Shown piece after piece: positions 20,480-29,719 of a stretch of DNA of 32,000 bases; the stretch's first letter is position 1, and each line of letters opens with the position of its first letter. Source of the DNA: Zymomonas mobilis subsp. mobilis ATCC 10988 (lineage in GTDB: Bacteria; Pseudomonadota; Alphaproteobacteria; Sphingomonadales; Sphingomonadaceae). The notes under the pieces were generated by a model that had not been told where the DNA came from, made no database searches, and worked only from the letters and a program-made list of their open reading frames with translations. The stretch lies in the NCBI RefSeq assembly GCF_000175255.2, contig NC_017262.1:1890001-1922000 (forward strand), given 5' to 3'. Position numbers and translations under genes: made by a program.

Positions 20480-21289
20480 ATGGCCAAAACTATTCCGATG
20501 CGTTGGCAAACTCTGGCTGATACCCCAAAAATGGTTGATGCCCTAAAGGGACAACATGCTGAAATCAATGGCTGTTCCCTCTACTATGCCATGGGTGGCA
20601 CAGGTGAGGAAACTGTCATCCTACTGCATGGGGGTATGGCAAATTCAGATTATTGGGGTATTCAAGCCGCTTTTCTGATGCAATATTATCGTGTCATTGT
20701 TGTTGATAGTCGCGCGCATGGTCGCAGTTCTACGGGCGATAAACCGCTAAGTTACAACCAGATGACCCATGACATCGCCAGCCTTATGGATCATCTTGGC
20801 ATTGCCAAAGCCAGCATTGTCGGCTGGAGCGATGGCGGCATACAAAGCATTATGCTTGCCGCTTTATTTCCCGAAAAAATCACCCGCATTTTTGCTTATG
20901 GCGCGCATATGTCTCTTGCAGGCTTAAACCAGAATTTTGGGGGTAATAAAGTCGTCAGTAGCTTCCTCGAACGCGCTGAAGAAGAATATCACCGCCTTTC
21001 ACCAACACCGGATAATTTCGATCAATTTTACGAAAATGTGCAACAACTCTGGAAATGGAAGCATGATTCTGCCTTCACGATAGATCAACTTTCTTCCATC
21101 CGTTGTCCGGCGTGGATTGTTGATGGTGATCGGGATGAGATGATTAACAGGTCACATCTTGAATATCTGTTCCAACATATTCCGGACAGCTCTTTTATGC
21201 TGTTACCTGATACAACTCATTTTGCCTTTATTCAGGCACCCAATCTATTTAATGCCGCCCTTCAAGATTTTATGTCCGTTTCAGGATGA
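20480..21289 (+). CDS. Alpha/beta hydrolase
   Basis: VILLHGGMANSDYWG, VDSRAHGRSS, IVGWSDGGIQSIMLAA (nucleophile elbow), WIVDGDRDEMI, DTTHFAFIQAP. ATG at 20480 has AGGAG about 8 nt upstream; the track start at 20471 is a GTG overlapping that motif. Confidence 0.9.
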   Translation: MAKTIPMRWQTLADTPKMVDALKGQHAEINGCSLYYAMGGTGEETVILLHGGMANSDYWGIQAAFLMQYYRVIVVDSRAHGRSSTGDKPLSYNQMTHDIASLMDHLGIAKASIVGWSDGGIQSIMLAALFPEKITRIFAYGAHMSLAGLNQNFGGNKVVSSFLERAEEEYHRLSPTPDNFDQFYENVQQLWKWKHDSAFTIDQLSSIRCPAWIVDGDRDEMINRSHLEYLFQHIPDSSFMLLPDTTHFAFIQAPNLFNAALQDFMSVSG

Positions 21290-21314
21290 TATAATCATTT
21301 TCCAAGCCACACAT

Positions 21315-21346
21315 AAAAGCAGGTGCCTCAAAACACCTGCTTTTTT
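21315..21346 (+). terminator. Rho-independent terminator after the hydrolase gene
   Basis: AAAAGCAGGTG cctcaaaa CACCTGCTTTTTT. Confidence 0.9.
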
Positions 21347-21492
21347 ACGTCTACCACTCGCTACTATCAAAAAATATTCCGGTTGATCGCTAAAAGATAA
21401 ACTTTAATACGGCAAAATATTTACAAGCTATTTTCCTATATCAAAATTATTAAAAAATTACGTTCTTGATATATAAAATTTTAGAGAGGGTT

Positions 21493-22821
21493 ATGTCGAA
21501 TAAACGAGACCGGACAGAGTCAAATCATTCGCAAGATACGTCCGATAATGCAGCCTCTCAATTGACCAAAGAAGAATGGCGCGCTGCCATACGCTTCGAC
21601 AGCACAGATATCGGCTGGATTGTTATGAGTATCGGCATGGCAATCGGGGCAGGGATCGTCTTCCTCCCAGTTCAAGTCGGCTTGATGGGCATTTGGGTTT
21701 TCCTGCTTTCTGCCGTTGTCGGTTATCCCGGCATGTATATGTTTCAGCGGTTATTTATAAATACGCTGGCATCGGCTACCGTCAGTCAAACTTATCCAGA
21801 TATGATTTCTAGCTATTTAGGGCGCAAATGGGGGCTTTTTCTGGGTGCGCTTTATTTCGTCATGCTAACCATCTGGATGTTCATCTACGCTACTGCCATC
21901 ACACGGGATAGCGCCTCTTACCTACAGAGTTTTGGTGTTACCCATAAACTCCTGTCCCAAACTTCATGGTATCCGCTTGTTCTCATGATTATTCTGGTGG
22001 CACTGGCTTCGCGTGGCGAACGGATGCTGTTTAAATTATCGGGATTAATGGTTCTGACCAAGCTGCTTATCGTGGCTGCCTTGGGAATATTTATGATTCC
22101 ACAATGGAATTTTGCTAACCTTGGTTCGGTTCCACCAACGGGCAGCTTGATTTCAAAAGCTATTATCACATTACCTTTTACGCTGACTTCTATTCTGTTT
22201 ATTCAGACTTTAAGCCCGATGGTTATTTCTTATAGAGCCCGTGAAAAATCGCCCGAAGTTGCCCGTCATAAAGCCTTGCGGGCAATGAATATTGCTTTTG
22301 CCATTTTGTTTATAACGGTTTTCTTCTACGCGATATCTTTCACACTTGCGATGAGCCATGAAAGCGCGGTTTCCGCCTATCAACAGAATATTTCGGCTCT
22401 CGCCATCATGGCACAAATATTCCCAGCCAGTTCAGTTGGCCTGATTGGTGTTGTTCTGAATATATTTGCAGTGATGACAGCCTTTTTCGGGGTCTATCTT
22501 GGCTTTCGTGAAGCCTGCGTCGGAATTTTTACAACGATATGGTCACGCTGGGTGCCTTCTGAAAAATTGCAAGGGCACTGGCTTCAATATGGTGTAATGA
22601 TTTTTGCCGTTTTACTGGCATGGGGTGCTGTTATCGTTAACTTGCCGGTGTTGTCTTTCACGACATTTTGCAGTCCGATTTTCGGGATCATCGGATGCCT
22701 TATTCCCGTTTGGCTCGTCATGAAGCGGCCAGCCCTGTCAAAATATCGTGGAGCAGGTCTTATCTTCATCGCGATCATTGGTATTCTTTTATGCCTGTCA
22801 CCTTTTGTGACATGGCTATAG
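21493..22821 (+). CDS. Amino-acid permease of the serine/threonine (STP/HAAAP) family
   Basis: Multi-TM protein with DIGWIVMSIGMAIGAGIVFLPVQVGLMGIWVF, YPDMISSYLG, YAISFTLAMSHESAVSAYQQNISALAIMA, similar in layout to SdaC/TdcC-type carriers. ATG at 21493 follows AGAGAGGGTT; the track start is 21466. Confidence 0.85.
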   Translation: MSNKRDRTESNHSQDTSDNAASQLTKEEWRAAIRFDSTDIGWIVMSIGMAIGAGIVFLPVQVGLMGIWVFLLSAVVGYPGMYMFQRLFINTLASATVSQTYPDMISSYLGRKWGLFLGALYFVMLTIWMFIYATAITRDSASYLQSFGVTHKLLSQTSWYPLVLMIILVALASRGERMLFKLSGLMVLTKLLIVAALGIFMIPQWNFANLGSVPPTGSLISKAIITLPFTLTSILFIQTLSPMVISYRAREKSPEVARHKALRAMNIAFAILFITVFFYAISFTLAMSHESAVSAYQQNISALAIMAQIFPASSVGLIGVVLNIFAVMTAFFGVYLGFREACVGIFTTIWSRWVPSEKLQGHWLQYGVMIFAVLLAWGAVIVNLPVLSFTTFCSPIFGIIGCLIPVWLVMKRPALSKYRGAGLIFIAIIGILLCLSPFVTWL

Positions 22822-22893
22822 ATTGATCATCGACAATCCAACCTATCTATCTTGTATAGGTATGTTTTTAAGATAAATGCTTCCAATTGATAT

Positions 22894-22930
22894 AGGAGGG
22901 AATGATTTATCCATTTCCTCCTTATTTTTT
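22894..22930 (+). terminator. Rho-independent terminator after the permease gene
   Basis: AGGAGGGAATG atttatc CATTTCCTCCTTATTTTTT (one G.U pair). Confidence 0.8.
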
Positions 22931-23053
22931 ACAAAAAAACACCATAATGCACTGATTTCGCAACATTTATTTTGAAAATAAAATTTATATTTTTGAATCC
23001 TTGATTCATTCATTATTTAATTATATTTTACAAAAAATTACATATCATAAGAC

Positions 23054-23281
23054 GTGTATATGATTTCTCGGCGTAATTTTTGCATCAGATTGGGCGTGAT
23101 TAGTCTTTTCGCGCTTATGCCGTTTTTTACCCATCAAGATATGCGTTCTGCGTTACCCAAAGCGCCCAATAAACAACATCTATTAGAAATCCAGAAGCAA
23201 GCCAATTTAGGCAATATCAAAGCCAAAAAAATTATCAGCGCTCTATCCGAAGGCCGTCAAGACGGTCTAGAGAATGAATAG
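23054..23281 (+). CDS. Small putative secreted protein
   Basis: 75 aa ORF MYMISRRNFCIRLGVISLFALMPFFTH... with signal-peptide-like N-terminus; weak upstream RBS. Confidence 0.4.
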   Translation: MYMISRRNFCIRLGVISLFALMPFFTHQDMRSALPKAPNKQHLLEIQKQANLGNIKAKKIISALSEGRQDGLENE

Positions 23282-23301
23282 CTCTGAAGGCTAGCTTTGG
23301 T

Positions 23302-25083
23302 TTACTGGAAAGGAAAATAACGGAAGGTAACATAGAGGGTGTTACCGGATGTTGTTGGACGAACGGCATTAGCGCCAGAGAAAGCAAATTTCTTGATATA
23401 GGTATATTGTAGCCCACCCATGACGCTACCGTAAGAGCCATGAAGCATATGCCACCAGCCTCCCAAGGTAAAAGACGCTAACGTATGGGTCTGGGCATTA
23501 CAGACACCAAATTCGACATTACAGCCGCTTAAATCCTGATCGTCTATGCCATATCCATATTGGGAACCATCGGCACCCATATAACGGCGACGACCAGCCG
23601 TCTCGACCCCGCCATAGCTATATAACAGAATGGACGGCGTTGGATGTCCAATTAAACCCATTGCTCCAATAATTTCGGGGACAGGGGATAGTAACCCCCG
23701 ACTATTAAAACTTGTATCTGGCAACATCGTTGGGCCATATCGCCCGATACCTTCTCCAGCCAAAATATTACCGGTAAGCTGTAATTTATCTGCTATTAAC
23801 GGGACAGTCATGCCCGCACCGATACCGCCCCCGAAATGGGTGTGTTTTTCACTAGTCGTCGCCCCAACGGGGACAGACAAAGAGCGAAACCAACGAGCAA
23901 GTCCAAAGATTTCATAATGCCCGAACCGCGTATCAGCCGCCGTCTTTAACACAATATCCGGTGCCGGATTATAGGTGTAAACCGTATTGCTGTTCAGCAA
24001 GACACCACCGGAATTTTCATAAAATATTTTAGGACCCATTGTCTCGCCATAGGCCGCCGGTAAACGCCCACCAGAAGGCACGGACGAAGAAAAGGCAACG
24101 GTTGCTTGGGGATCTTCCAAAGAAAGGCCTACCCAATATTTTTTATTCCAGTCTTTTTCAAAACGGATTTGGGGCACACGGGTAAAGCTGATACCCGGTA
24201 TCTGGTTGTTATCGGTTACAGGGGGTAATTGTTCCTGTCTCGGTAATAGGCCTTTGCTATAATTCGTGACCAAACTCCATGCTTGCCCCATTAAAACATG
24301 GAAACCCCACTCATTTTGAGTGAAGGTGAAATAGCCTTGGCGCAAACGCGGGGTGTAACCACTAATCTGGATGCTATTGGTCGTATTGGCCGCGCCTCCA
24401 AAATCACTTTCCAGATAGGCCTGTAATTGAATGGATTTTGTCGGATCGGCCTCTAACAAAACCGAACTGCGGGTCAATTGAGACGACAGTCGTTCTTCAT
24501 CTAACCCATGATTGGGACTATTCGCATAAGGGAAATTGTTCCATGCGGTGGCAGGGCCACTGGTCATATTCGAGCTACGCCAAATATTCGATAGCTCGAC
24601 GAAGCCTCCTAACTTAACAGACACATTCCCAATACTGAAAACCGGCGGCAACCTGTCAACAGCCGTCTGGGTGATAGCTGCAGGGCTAGATGATTTTAAA
24701 TCAATAGAGGAATGAGGGGGGCTATTTTGACTACTGGCTTTGATGGGCGCGGTATTCGGGGGCGGTAAAGACATCCAATGCGGGGCAGGGGACAGCGATT
24801 TCGCACCGCTATCAGAAGAACTAGAGGGGGGCAGCTGACGCTCAGTATTGGTTTGAATAACGGCCGATTTTTCCTTCTCTTTTCTTTGTTCGATCGCATC
24901 CACTTTTTCCATAAGCTGACGGATTTGTAGTTTGATCGCGGCTAACTCTTGGTCGTCCTTTTCATCAGCCAAAGCTGGTTGATGAAAAGCGCCGATCAAA
25001 AGAAGCGCAATCATACTACCAAGGCCGGTTCTACTGGATTTTAACCGGCCTTTTAATAATCGAAATGTTTCTTGAAAAAACAC
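23302..25083 (-). CDS. Outer-membrane porin, DcaP-like
   Basis: Signal peptide, N-terminal coiled coil (ELAAIKLQIRQLMEKVDAIEQRKEKEK), Pro/Ser-rich linker, barrel starting VKLGGFVELSNIWRSSN...LTRSSVLLEADPTKSIQLQAYLESDFGG...PRLRQGYFTFTQNEWGFHVLMGQAWSLVTN; C-terminal YVTFRYFPFQ. Confidence 0.8.
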   Translation of the reverse strand: MFFQETFRLLKGRLKSSRTGLGSMIALLLIGAFHQPALADEKDDQELAAIKLQIRQLMEKVDAIEQRKEKEKSAVIQTNTERQLPPSSSSDSGAKSLSPAPHWMSLPPPNTAPIKASSQNSPPHSSIDLKSSSPAAITQTAVDRLPPVFSIGNVSVKLGGFVELSNIWRSSNMTSGPATAWNNFPYANSPNHGLDEERLSSQLTRSSVLLEADPTKSIQLQAYLESDFGGAANTTNSIQISGYTPRLRQGYFTFTQNEWGFHVLMGQAWSLVTNYSKGLLPRQEQLPPVTDNNQIPGISFTRVPQIRFEKDWNKKYWVGLSLEDPQATVAFSSSVPSGGRLPAAYGETMGPKIFYENSGGVLLNSNTVYTYNPAPDIVLKTAADTRFGHYEIFGLARWFRSLSVPVGATTSEKHTHFGGGIGAGMTVPLIADKLQLTGNILAGEGIGRYGPTMLPDTSFNSRGLLSPVPEIIGAMGLIGHPTPSILLYSYGGVETAGRRRYMGADGSQYGYGIDDQDLSGCNVEFGVCNAQTHTLASFTLGGWWHMLHGSYGSVMGGLQYTYIKKFAFSGANAVRPTTSGNTLYVTFRYFPFQ

Positions 25084-25114
25084 GAAAACCTACATCCCAA
25101 ATATGTGATGAAGT

Positions 25115-26389
25115 TTATTTCTGACTATGTTTCCAGCCAGTTTCCCGCAAAAAGAAACTGAGAAAAATAGCCAACGCGATTCCCACGATCAGGGGCATAA
25201 AGCCACGATGGAAATCCGCGAGAGTCAGGTTTTGGTTATGCGAGCCGATCAAACCGGTAATCACAGGGGACATCAAACTGCTGGTAAGAAAAACCAGAAA
25301 GTTCATAATACCGGCGGCGGTGCCTTTAACTTCTGGCGGATTGACCTCTTTCATGACGGAAAAAGGTAACATTGCTGCACCGGAAGCAATGCCCATCAAA
25401 AGGGGCGGCATATAGGCGGGCAAGATCGCTGTTGGCAAATAAAGCAAGCTTATATAACTTAAAAGTAACAAGCTGCTTCCGCCGATTAACACCGGACGAC
25501 GATGGCCTATTTTATCAGAAATATAACCAATCAGGGGGCAGCCGATAACCCATCCCAATGGCACCATTGAAACCAAGGTGGCGGCTTCTGCAATGCTGAT
25601 ATGCTCTCCTTTAGAAAAGAAAGAGGCTCCCCAAGCTAAAATCCCGATTGTTGTTGGAGCAAACAGCAATCCCCCGATCACACCGGCCAGCCAGCTTTGC
25701 GGATTAGAAAAGATAAGCCGGAATGGCTGGATAAGACTTGAGAAATCCAGCTTCTGACGCTGTTCCTCTTCTTCGTCTTTTTTGCCATGAGGCATAACAA
25801 TAAAAGTCGATACCGTTAAAATCGCGCCAATAATCGCAAAAGCTATCCAGATTTTTTGCCACTGGACATGGAAAGCACCCGCTGGATCAAGAAAAATAGA
25901 AACCAATTTTGAACCAAAGGCTGCACCTGCCATCCCCAGACATTCAGTAAAGCCGACAAAAATAGCCAACATTCTCTGAGGTAAATATCGGGCAGCGATA
26001 TAGGATGCCCCCAAAAAAGCGAAAATGGAGCCGACTGCCTGCAAGGTGAAACCCGTAATAGCCAGCCATTCATAGCCACGGGCAAAAAATAGGCTACCTA
26101 TTGTCACAAGGGCGATGCCAGCAGGAATAGTTTTATGCGCGCCATAACGATCGAGAAGAAAACCGGCAATCAGTGCCATGCCTGCATAGGCAACATAATA
26201 AAGCGGCACCATAATACCTAAAGGATTATGCCCCCAATTTTCAGTCAAAATCCCTTGCATAATGCCGGGGGTCGCTCGGATCGCATATTGATAGAAATAG
26301 AAAACCGCACATAAAAGCCAGGCAAGAACGTAAACAGGATTCAAGGCTTGTTCGCTTTTTTGTGCATTTAAGTCGGTATGGCTTGACAC
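25115..26389 (-). CDS. MFS transporter
   Basis: 12-TM MFS protein: LAWLLCAVFYFYQYAIRATPGIMQGILTENWG..., GFLLDRYGAHKTIPAGI, GYISDKIGHRRPVLIGG. Start placed at the in-frame GTG at 26389 because the tracked start (26533) lies inside the upstream gene's terminator. Confidence 0.85.
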   Translation of the reverse strand: MSSHTDLNAQKSEQALNPVYVLAWLLCAVFYFYQYAIRATPGIMQGILTENWGHNPLGIMVPLYYVAYAGMALIAGFLLDRYGAHKTIPAGIALVTIGSLFFARGYEWLAITGFTLQAVGSIFAFLGASYIAARYLPQRMLAIFVGFTECLGMAGAAFGSKLVSIFLDPAGAFHVQWQKIWIAFAIIGAILTVSTFIVMPHGKKDEEEEQRQKLDFSSLIQPFRLIFSNPQSWLAGVIGGLLFAPTTIGILAWGASFFSKGEHISIAEAATLVSMVPLGWVIGCPLIGYISDKIGHRRPVLIGGSSLLLLSYISLLYLPTAILPAYMPPLLMGIASGAAMLPFSVMKEVNPPEVKGTAAGIMNFLVFLTSSLMSPVITGLIGSHNQNLTLADFHRGFMPLIVGIALAIFLSFFLRETGWKHSQK

Positions 26390-26508
26390 GGATAAATGCC
26401 TTTTTGTGTTTTTTTGAAATACTAAGTTACAATTCAGAAAAAGTAAAAAATTTTCTTTATAAAAATTGGAAATATAAGATGATTGCTCCGATCGATTTGT
26501 GAGTCTTG

Positions 26509-26551
26509 ATTGAATAAAAAAAAGACCAGCCAACGTTATTGGTTGGCTGGT
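26509..26551 (-). terminator. Rho-independent terminator downstream of the LysE-family gene
   Basis: Reverse strand CCAGCCAACCAATAACGTTGGCTGGTCTTTTTTTT: 8-bp stem and T-run. Confidence 0.9.
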
Positions 26552-26606
26552 TAAACAGATTATAATAATTTTTGGAAAAAATAATAAATATTTTAATAAT
26601 TAAATT

Positions 26607-27263
26607 TTAAATTAAAACAAGTTTTGCCGCAAAAAATAGAAAAAATATTCCCGTAATCATATCCAAAATTCGGATAATTTTAGGATTGGCAAAAAACCTT
26701 CCTAAAGAAAGCGCCATTCCCGCCACAATCGAATACCAAAAAAGGGTCGTAACCATTTGAGTAACGACCAAGGCAAAGGAATAGGTAACCGCATTTTGCC
26801 CGACAGGAATAAAATGAGGAAAGGCGGTCATATCAAAAACCCCGACCAAGGGGTTTAAAAGCGTTGTTAATGACCCACGCCGAAAACCAGCATTGAAGGA
26901 ATCCGATGTTTTGATATCAGATTCAGATTGTTCTTCAGATAACTGCTCGGCTTCTTTTTTTGAAAAACCCTTAACCGATTGCCAAATCAGCCTCAGACTT
27001 AGATAGAGCAAATAAAGCGCGCCTGCCCATTGTATTACCGTAAAGGCTGTTTTCGAGGCAGAAATAATAGCGCTGACACCGAAAATAGTGCCAAAGCCCC
27101 ATAGACCAACCCCCGTGACAATACCCGCCACAGCCCCAATAGCCGCACGATGCCCAACGCTTAGACTTAACCTGATAATCAAGGCCGTTTCAGTGCCGGG
27201 CGTTAAAAGGATTAACCCCCATGCCGCTCCAAAGGCTAATATAGGCATAAGAAAAGATAGCAT
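26607..27263 (-). CDS. LysE/RhtB family amino-acid exporter
   Basis: FLMPILAFGAAWGLILLTPGTETALIIRLSLSVGHRAAIGAVAGIVTG..., TLLNPLVGVFDMTAFPHFI, GMALSLGRFF: LysE/RhtB pattern. Confidence 0.85.
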   Translation of the reverse strand: MLSFLMPILAFGAAWGLILLTPGTETALIIRLSLSVGHRAAIGAVAGIVTGVGLWGFGTIFGVSAIISASKTAFTVIQWAGALYLLYLSLRLIWQSVKGFSKKEAEQLSEEQSESDIKTSDSFNAGFRRGSLTTLLNPLVGVFDMTAFPHFIPVGQNAVTYSFALVVTQMVTTLFWYSIVAGMALSLGRFFANPKIIRILDMITGIFFLFFAAKLVLI

Positions 27264-27568
27264 GGTTGATATCGTCGCCCCCTTTTAGATCATTTTATTT
27301 TTTAAGGCTGACGGAATAGAACATTATTGCGGTCAATGAATAGCAACATCTTCTGAATCAGATATTACTTTTTCTATAAGAAAGATCGTTTTTTCTGAAT
27401 CTTATCGCACGAATAATGACGAAAATAGAGGGTGCCAAATCGCAAAAATGAACATTCTTGTTATCAATAATTCTGTCATTTGGCTTCCATTGAAATCAGA
27501 TAGCCCCCATAGACATGAAGCTTTTTTACGTTTCATCCCTATGGGATATGCCTTGTCTTTATCGTAGA

Positions 27569-28165
27569 TTAAGGCTCTTTTACCTTCTGGAATGAAGCCA
27601 ACCATCCATTGCGTTTCAAGGTGTCAATGAGGGTTGAGCGAGGTATCTTAAAGCTCCGGCAAACAGAAGCCTTGCTGGCACCGCTTTCAAGGGCGATTTT
27701 AATCTGTTCTAACTGTTCCTTGTCGATCGTTGGTGGCCGACCACCACGCCGTCCCCGTTTTCTTGCCGCCTCTAACCCCGCCATAATGCGTTCACGGGTC
27801 AAAGCGCGTTCATATTGCGCCAAAGCACCAAATAACGAAAACAGCAATTCACCATGGGGTGTATTCGTATTCATCTGTTCAGTCAGGGAATGAAAGGCAA
27901 TATCACGCGCTTTTAAATCTGTGATGATCGATAATAAATGAGGCAGAGATCGCCCTAAGCGATCCAGTTTCCAGACTATCAATTCATCGCCCGATTTCAA
28001 ATATTCAAGGCATTTTTTTAAACCAGGGCGATCATCTTTTGCGCCCGAAGCCTTATCAAAGAACAGATTCCGCTCATCAACGCCCGCCGCAATCAAAGCA
28101 TCTCGTTGTAGATCAACAGATTGGCGATCATCTGCTGATGACACGCGCATATAGCCAATGAGCAT
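27569..28165 (-). CDS. Serine recombinase (resolvase/invertase, Hin/Pin-like)
   Basis: MLIGYMRVSSADDRQSVDLQRDALIAAGVD...DKASGAKDDRPGLKKCLEYLKSGDELIVWKLDRLGRS...LLFSLFGALAQYERALTRERIMAGLEAARKRGRRGGRPPTIDKEQLEQIK...SKASVCRSFKIPRSTLIDTLKRNG: catalytic Ser, linker and C-terminal HTH all intact. Confidence 0.95.
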   Translation of the reverse strand: MLIGYMRVSSADDRQSVDLQRDALIAAGVDERNLFFDKASGAKDDRPGLKKCLEYLKSGDELIVWKLDRLGRSLPHLLSIITDLKARDIAFHSLTEQMNTNTPHGELLFSLFGALAQYERALTRERIMAGLEAARKRGRRGGRPPTIDKEQLEQIKIALESGASKASVCRSFKIPRSTLIDTLKRNGWLASFQKVKEP

Positions 28166-28271
28166 AAATCAAGAACCCCATGAAATTTGATATAGGGATA
28201 TCATTAACCAATCCGACTTTGTTTATCATGCAAATAATAGCCACTTTCAGAATATCGCTAAAAAACAACGC

Positions 28272-28291
28272 TCAAAATATTGAAATTTTGA
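28272..28291. repeat. 20-bp AT-rich inverted repeat between recombinase and MFS genes
   Basis: TCAAAAT attgaa ATTTTGA (perfect 7-bp arms). Confidence 0.5.
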
Positions 28292-28398
28292 TTTCCAATA
28301 ACCGCCATCATTTCTGTTGCCTTTTAAGGCAATAAGTGTTTGAGGAGCTGCCAACAGAACGGCAGATCAAATGCCGTTTTATAGGGAGTGACGTTGCG

Positions 28399-29565
28399 TT
28401 GCCTATTGCGCTTTTAGCCTTGGCCATCGGTGCTTTTGGTTTGGGGACGACCGAGACCATCGTGATGGGCATTTTGCCCGAGCTTTCCGATAATCTGCAT
28501 GTCTCTATCGCGAAAGCAGGCCTCCTCGTTTCGGGATATGCCATTGGCGTGACAATCGCATCGCCTCTTATGGCCATTATAACCAATCGCTATTCGCGGC
28601 GGCAAACGTTGCTGCTGATGATGGCCATTTTTGTTGTCGGTAATATCTGTAGTGCTCTGGCTCCGAATTATAACCTGCTGATGGCTAGTCGGTTTTTGAC
28701 ATCGCTCTCGCATGGGACTTTCTATGGCGCCGCTTCGATTGTCGCTTGTCAGCTTGTCCCTCCCCAGAAGAGAGCCGAGGCGCTTTCTATCGTTTATATC
28801 GGGCTGACTTTAGCGATGGTGCTAGGGGTTCCGCTTGGTACATTGGTAGCGCAATTTACGTCTTGGCGGGTTTCTTTCTGGTTGATTGGTGGCGTTGGTA
28901 GCTTGGCATGGATCAGCATCTGGTATTTAATCCCACATGATAACCAGACCAATACAAGCATTCGTCTTTATGACCAATTCCGCTCTCTAACGCATCCGAT
29001 GGTCATTCTGATGATGCTGGTGTCGATGTGTACCTCTGCCGGTATGTTCGGGCTTTTTACTTATATCACGCCTTTTCTAGAAATCAGGACTGGGCTTTCG
29101 GCACATGCTACCGATTGGGTTTTGTTATTGATTGGCGCGGGTCTTTGCTTGGGTAATCTTTTGGGCGGACGCTTGGCTGACTGGAAAATGCTGCCTTCCT
29201 GCGGTGGCCTTTTAGCGATGACGATTATCATCCAACTATTATTGATTTCGGGAAGCCTCCATGTCTGGAGTTGCATATTGTTGCTTTTCTTCTGGGGTGT
29301 TTTTATCTACGCCCCGATGGCTCCGCTACAATCTTATGTTGTAACATGTGCAGAATCTGCCCCCAATATTGCTGCCGCTGTTAATCAAAGCTCTTTTAAT
29401 CTGGGCAATGCCATAGGATCTTGGTCGGGTAGCTTGTTGGTTGGAACTTTACCTTCAACCTATGAAAAATTGCCGATTTTAGCATCCGCTTTTCTGGCTG
29501 CTGGCGTTCTCTTGGTCTGTCTTTCCGGCTATCTCCAGTCACAAAAAATCAAAGAAAAGCTTTGA
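28399..29565 (+). CDS. DHA1-family MFS transporter
   Basis: PIALLALAIGAFGLGTTETIVMGILPELSDNLHVSIAKAGLLVSGYAIGVTIASPLMA..., SLSHGTFYGAASIVA, GNLLGGRLADW. The TTG at 28399 preceded by AGGGAG gives the usual family N-terminus; the track uses GTG at 28336. Confidence 0.88.
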   Translation: MPIALLALAIGAFGLGTTETIVMGILPELSDNLHVSIAKAGLLVSGYAIGVTIASPLMAIITNRYSRRQTLLLMMAIFVVGNICSALAPNYNLLMASRFLTSLSHGTFYGAASIVACQLVPPQKRAEALSIVYIGLTLAMVLGVPLGTLVAQFTSWRVSFWLIGGVGSLAWISIWYLIPHDNQTNTSIRLYDQFRSLTHPMVILMMLVSMCTSAGMFGLFTYITPFLEIRTGLSAHATDWVLLLIGAGLCLGNLLGGRLADWKMLPSCGGLLAMTIIIQLLLISGSLHVWSCILLLFFWGVFIYAPMAPLQSYVVTCAESAPNIAAAVNQSSFNLGNAIGSWSGSLLVGTLPSTYEKLPILASAFLAAGVLLVCLSGYLQSQKIKEKL

Positions 29566-29620
29566 CTTCGATATCGCTCTCTCTATTCCAAAATTTTATT
29601 GAGGTAATTTTATATCTTTG

Positions 29621-29652
29621 TTGATACGAAAAGAGAGAAATTTTCGTATCAA
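29621..29652. repeat. Perfect 12-bp inverted repeat upstream of the NUP-family gene
   Basis: TTGATACGAAAA (29621-29632) gagagaaa TTTTCGTATCAA (29641-29652). Confidence 0.8.
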
Positions 29653-29719
29653 TATTTTAACATTGAATAATGCATTAGGTTATCAGTCTGTATAGCCACA
29701 ATTATGATGAAAGCTGACA

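Noticed and set aside
20329-20568. Minus-strand 79-aa ORF upstream of the hydrolase
   Set aside because: It overlaps the hydrolase start and has low-complexity Ser/Ile-rich content; no support.
27402-27605. 67-aa minus-strand ORF overlapping the recombinase 3' end
   Set aside because: It overlaps the recombinase coding region, has no recognised motif and no clear RBS. It could be a small partner protein but cannot be supported.
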